Shown piece by piece: positions 34,559-36,926 of a stretch of 36,926 bases of DNA (position 1 is the stretch's first letter; the number at the start of each line of letters is the position of its first letter). The notes under the pieces are model-generated. The model saw nothing but the letters and a program-made list of their open reading frames with translations. It had not been told where the DNA came from and made no database searches. Source of the DNA: a virus (lineage: Duplodnaviria; Caudoviricetes); the IMG/VR virus record IMGVR_UViG_3300002091_000057, positions 1 through 36,926 of that record; one strand, given 5' to 3'. The position numbers and the translations under genes are program-made.

Positions 34559-36926
34559 ACTGTTATTTAGCGTTCGGAAACTATTGATAGATTTCCGTGC
34601 GGAACTGGATCTGCTGCAGAAAAAGCCCCAGCAATCACACTTGGGGCCTCCCCGTTTCACGCAAGTTCTAACTGTTGTTTCAACGCTTCTATTTCAGCTT
34701 GTTGTTGCCGTAGCATGGTGGCTATATCATTCATTACATTTTTTGGTTCATTATCTATCCATTCCCTAATAGGAATTTCACAAGACAAGCCATCAGCAAT
34801 TTCAGCCAATTCAATTGCAGTCATAGTTTTCCTTCCTTCGAGTCGAACTCGGCTCGTAGTATACTACATGAACCGTTTGGGGTCAAATCTCGTGGACAAC
34901 CAATCGGACCACTGTGTAATCCTGCGTGCCGGTGGCATAGTTCAATCTAGCAGCCAATCTGTGTGCGTGTGCAGGACCAGTGAACACTGTTCTTGTGTAT
35001 TTTCGATCCAGCACAGTTTCGGTATAGGCCGATATGATCTGGCCAGATCGGGCTATGGTCCACAAACCGCGCACTGCTTGTGTGATCAGGTGCTGACCTG
35101 GTTGGTTCCAGGCCACTTGGTCAAGTCTGGCAGCAGCGGGTCTCATGTGGATATTTATAAACTATAAATATGCACTTATGCAAACCAATCTTGTAGTATG
35201 GCGTCGTCGATCCGGAGCTTGGGAACTGGCCTCTGTGGTAGCTCGATCTCAACCTGGTCGGCTTCGGGCTGAACAATTTCTAGATTCATGGCCCAAGATC
35301 GTTCAAGAGCGTCAAGCACGATTGAGTCGGCCTCCGGACCCCAACGATCGCGTAATCCCTTGAAGTGTGCTTCAAGCCTTAATCGTTCGAATAATCGGGT
35401 CATTCTACTGCCTCCAACTCTTTGCGAAGTTGTCTGTGTTCAGCAGGATCAAGATACTGTTCTGCTATGTTCCATTTTACAAAGTTCATATCATCTTCAA
35501 ACCAATCCCAAGCATCGTCAAGACTGTTATAAGTTTTGTCAAGATATGTTGCCTTGCCGTCAACCATTTTAGGTTTATTAGCAATCATAGCCAAGCATAT
35601 TCTCTTTAATGTTGCTTCTGGTGATAATACGCAATAAGTCATTCTGTGGCCTCTTTAATAAACCATTTAGCACCGCAACAATAAAGGATTCTATTTAATG
35701 TAGGATGATGTATTTCCATAGGTCCGTTCCAACTTTGGATTTCAAACTCGTCTATTTCTATAGCACAAGTAGATAATAATTTCATAGCCGTAACTGAGTT
35801 TATTGGTTTCATTCTGCGGCCTCCAATTGTAATTCAAGTAATTCTCTGCGAAGTTTTTCCAGGATAGGTTCAATTTGGTCGGCCAAATCTGGCATACCAC
35901 GCAAGGCCATTTTGGCTTGGTGGATGTGTAACTTCTTGAGTTCCACCGGTGACATCAATTGGATAGCGTTAAGAGCCCGACTCCATTCATCTTGTGTTAG
36001 CATATTTTTTTTCATTTTGCTGCCTTTCTTTGGTGATTGATTTAACTTACTACAAATACTATTATACGGTCAGGGCCATTTCTGGTCAATGTTGTCTTTT
36101 TGCAACACTAACCGGTGTTGTTTTTGCGCAACAACTAAATAACTTGGTCCAGGTGTTTCGAGCACGAGGTTGCCGTCAAGAGTAGCCAATTGTTCTTGTC
36201 AATACTGTTTTGGTATTGTCCTTTTTTCTATCTATCTAACTCACCTGGACATCCTCCGGCCACCCAAAAGGTGGCTTTTTTTTAGGTAAATTGTGGCTTT
36301 TGTGCTACACTACATAAATAGTAGCAGATAGAGAGAATCCCCAGGTTGGTATGCCAAGATAACTTATACCGACAAACCCGTTCTGATGTGTGACGGTAGT
36401 CAATTCGCTGTTGCTCTCACAGTGGCCTATACGCACTACCCTTGACCGGATGCTTAAAGAATAATCCTATTAGTCTGAACCCTACGAATGGATGACCCTT
36501 TGCGTGTATGTAATAGTTCAAAAGTGAGTGGGAGTCACGACCGCAAGGTTACCCCACAAGAGCACTGGATCGGATGTCCTTGTATCCCCAGTCTCTGCGT
36601 GTTCGCAACCAAACAGGTGATCGCAAAACCTACCTGGCCTCAATGGCGTTGTTATAAGGATCTGTCCGACGATACCCGTCGAAGAATCACGGCTCGGATA
36701 GCGTGATTCTATCCTCAAATTACCCATCTGTCTCAACTGCAAAGAGAAAGGCAACATTGAGTGGCGTAAGACGCTCAATAGATCTCGCAAGAGATCTTGA
36801 AACTGTGTATTATATAACTATGACACTCATCTCAAGCATCTACTCCAACCCATATTACCTCAGAGAGAATCATCGCGAATATTCAGAAGATGATTATCGA
36901 TCTCAAATTCTAGGACTTGTAAAAAT
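34361..36926. repeat. Right copy of terminal direct repeat; duplicates all features of 1-2565
   Basis: Same ORFs, promoters and hairpins as the left end. Confidence 0.97.
34564..34570 (-). promoter_or_regulatory. Late-type box CTAAATA heading the whole morphogenesis region
   Basis: Downstream of a terminator, 5 nt before the ATG, and conserved in the diverged allele (203-209) while its flanks vary. Confidence 0.75.

Noticed and set aside
34559-34660. Upstream extension of the TerS-like ORF (MKRGGPKCDCWG...) and the 33-299 ORF
   Set aside because: The extension runs through a terminator and the promoter box and is frameshifted between the two alleles; the true start is ATG 34558/198.

Overview
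The window holds a complete, overlapping assembly of a small dsDNA tailed phage with a unit length of about 34,361 bp. Bases ~1-2565 recur at ~34361-36926, so features listed in 211-2565 recur at +34361; the first ~210 bp of the left copy is a diverged allele. The minus strand (4440-34558) carries a full podovirus-type virion module: putative TerS, several small basic proteins, a DNA methyltransferase, TerL, portal, scaffold, major capsid protein, adaptor, collagen-like and other fibres with LamG and glycine-rich tip proteins, nozzle, fibre chaperone, cupin, four internal/ejection proteins, Dps/ferritin and a small membrane protein. I recognise no DNA polymerase, primase, helicase, SSB, integrase, repressor, RNA polymerase or sigma factor. 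Only two near-consensus sigma70 promoters are evident, and they drive five tiny genes. Most other transcription units start at a T4-late-type TAAATA/TATAAATA box, often exactly 5 nt before the ATG. Three TAAATA-preceded, strongly base-paired non-coding segments (~1786-1922, ~1965-2436, ~4352-4446) look like structured RNAs. My leading hypothesis, which is inference and not proven, is a satellite phage that builds its own virion but borrows late transcription and probably replication from a co-infecting T4-like/jumbo helper. Product calls rest on motif recognition and synteny only; no searches were run.
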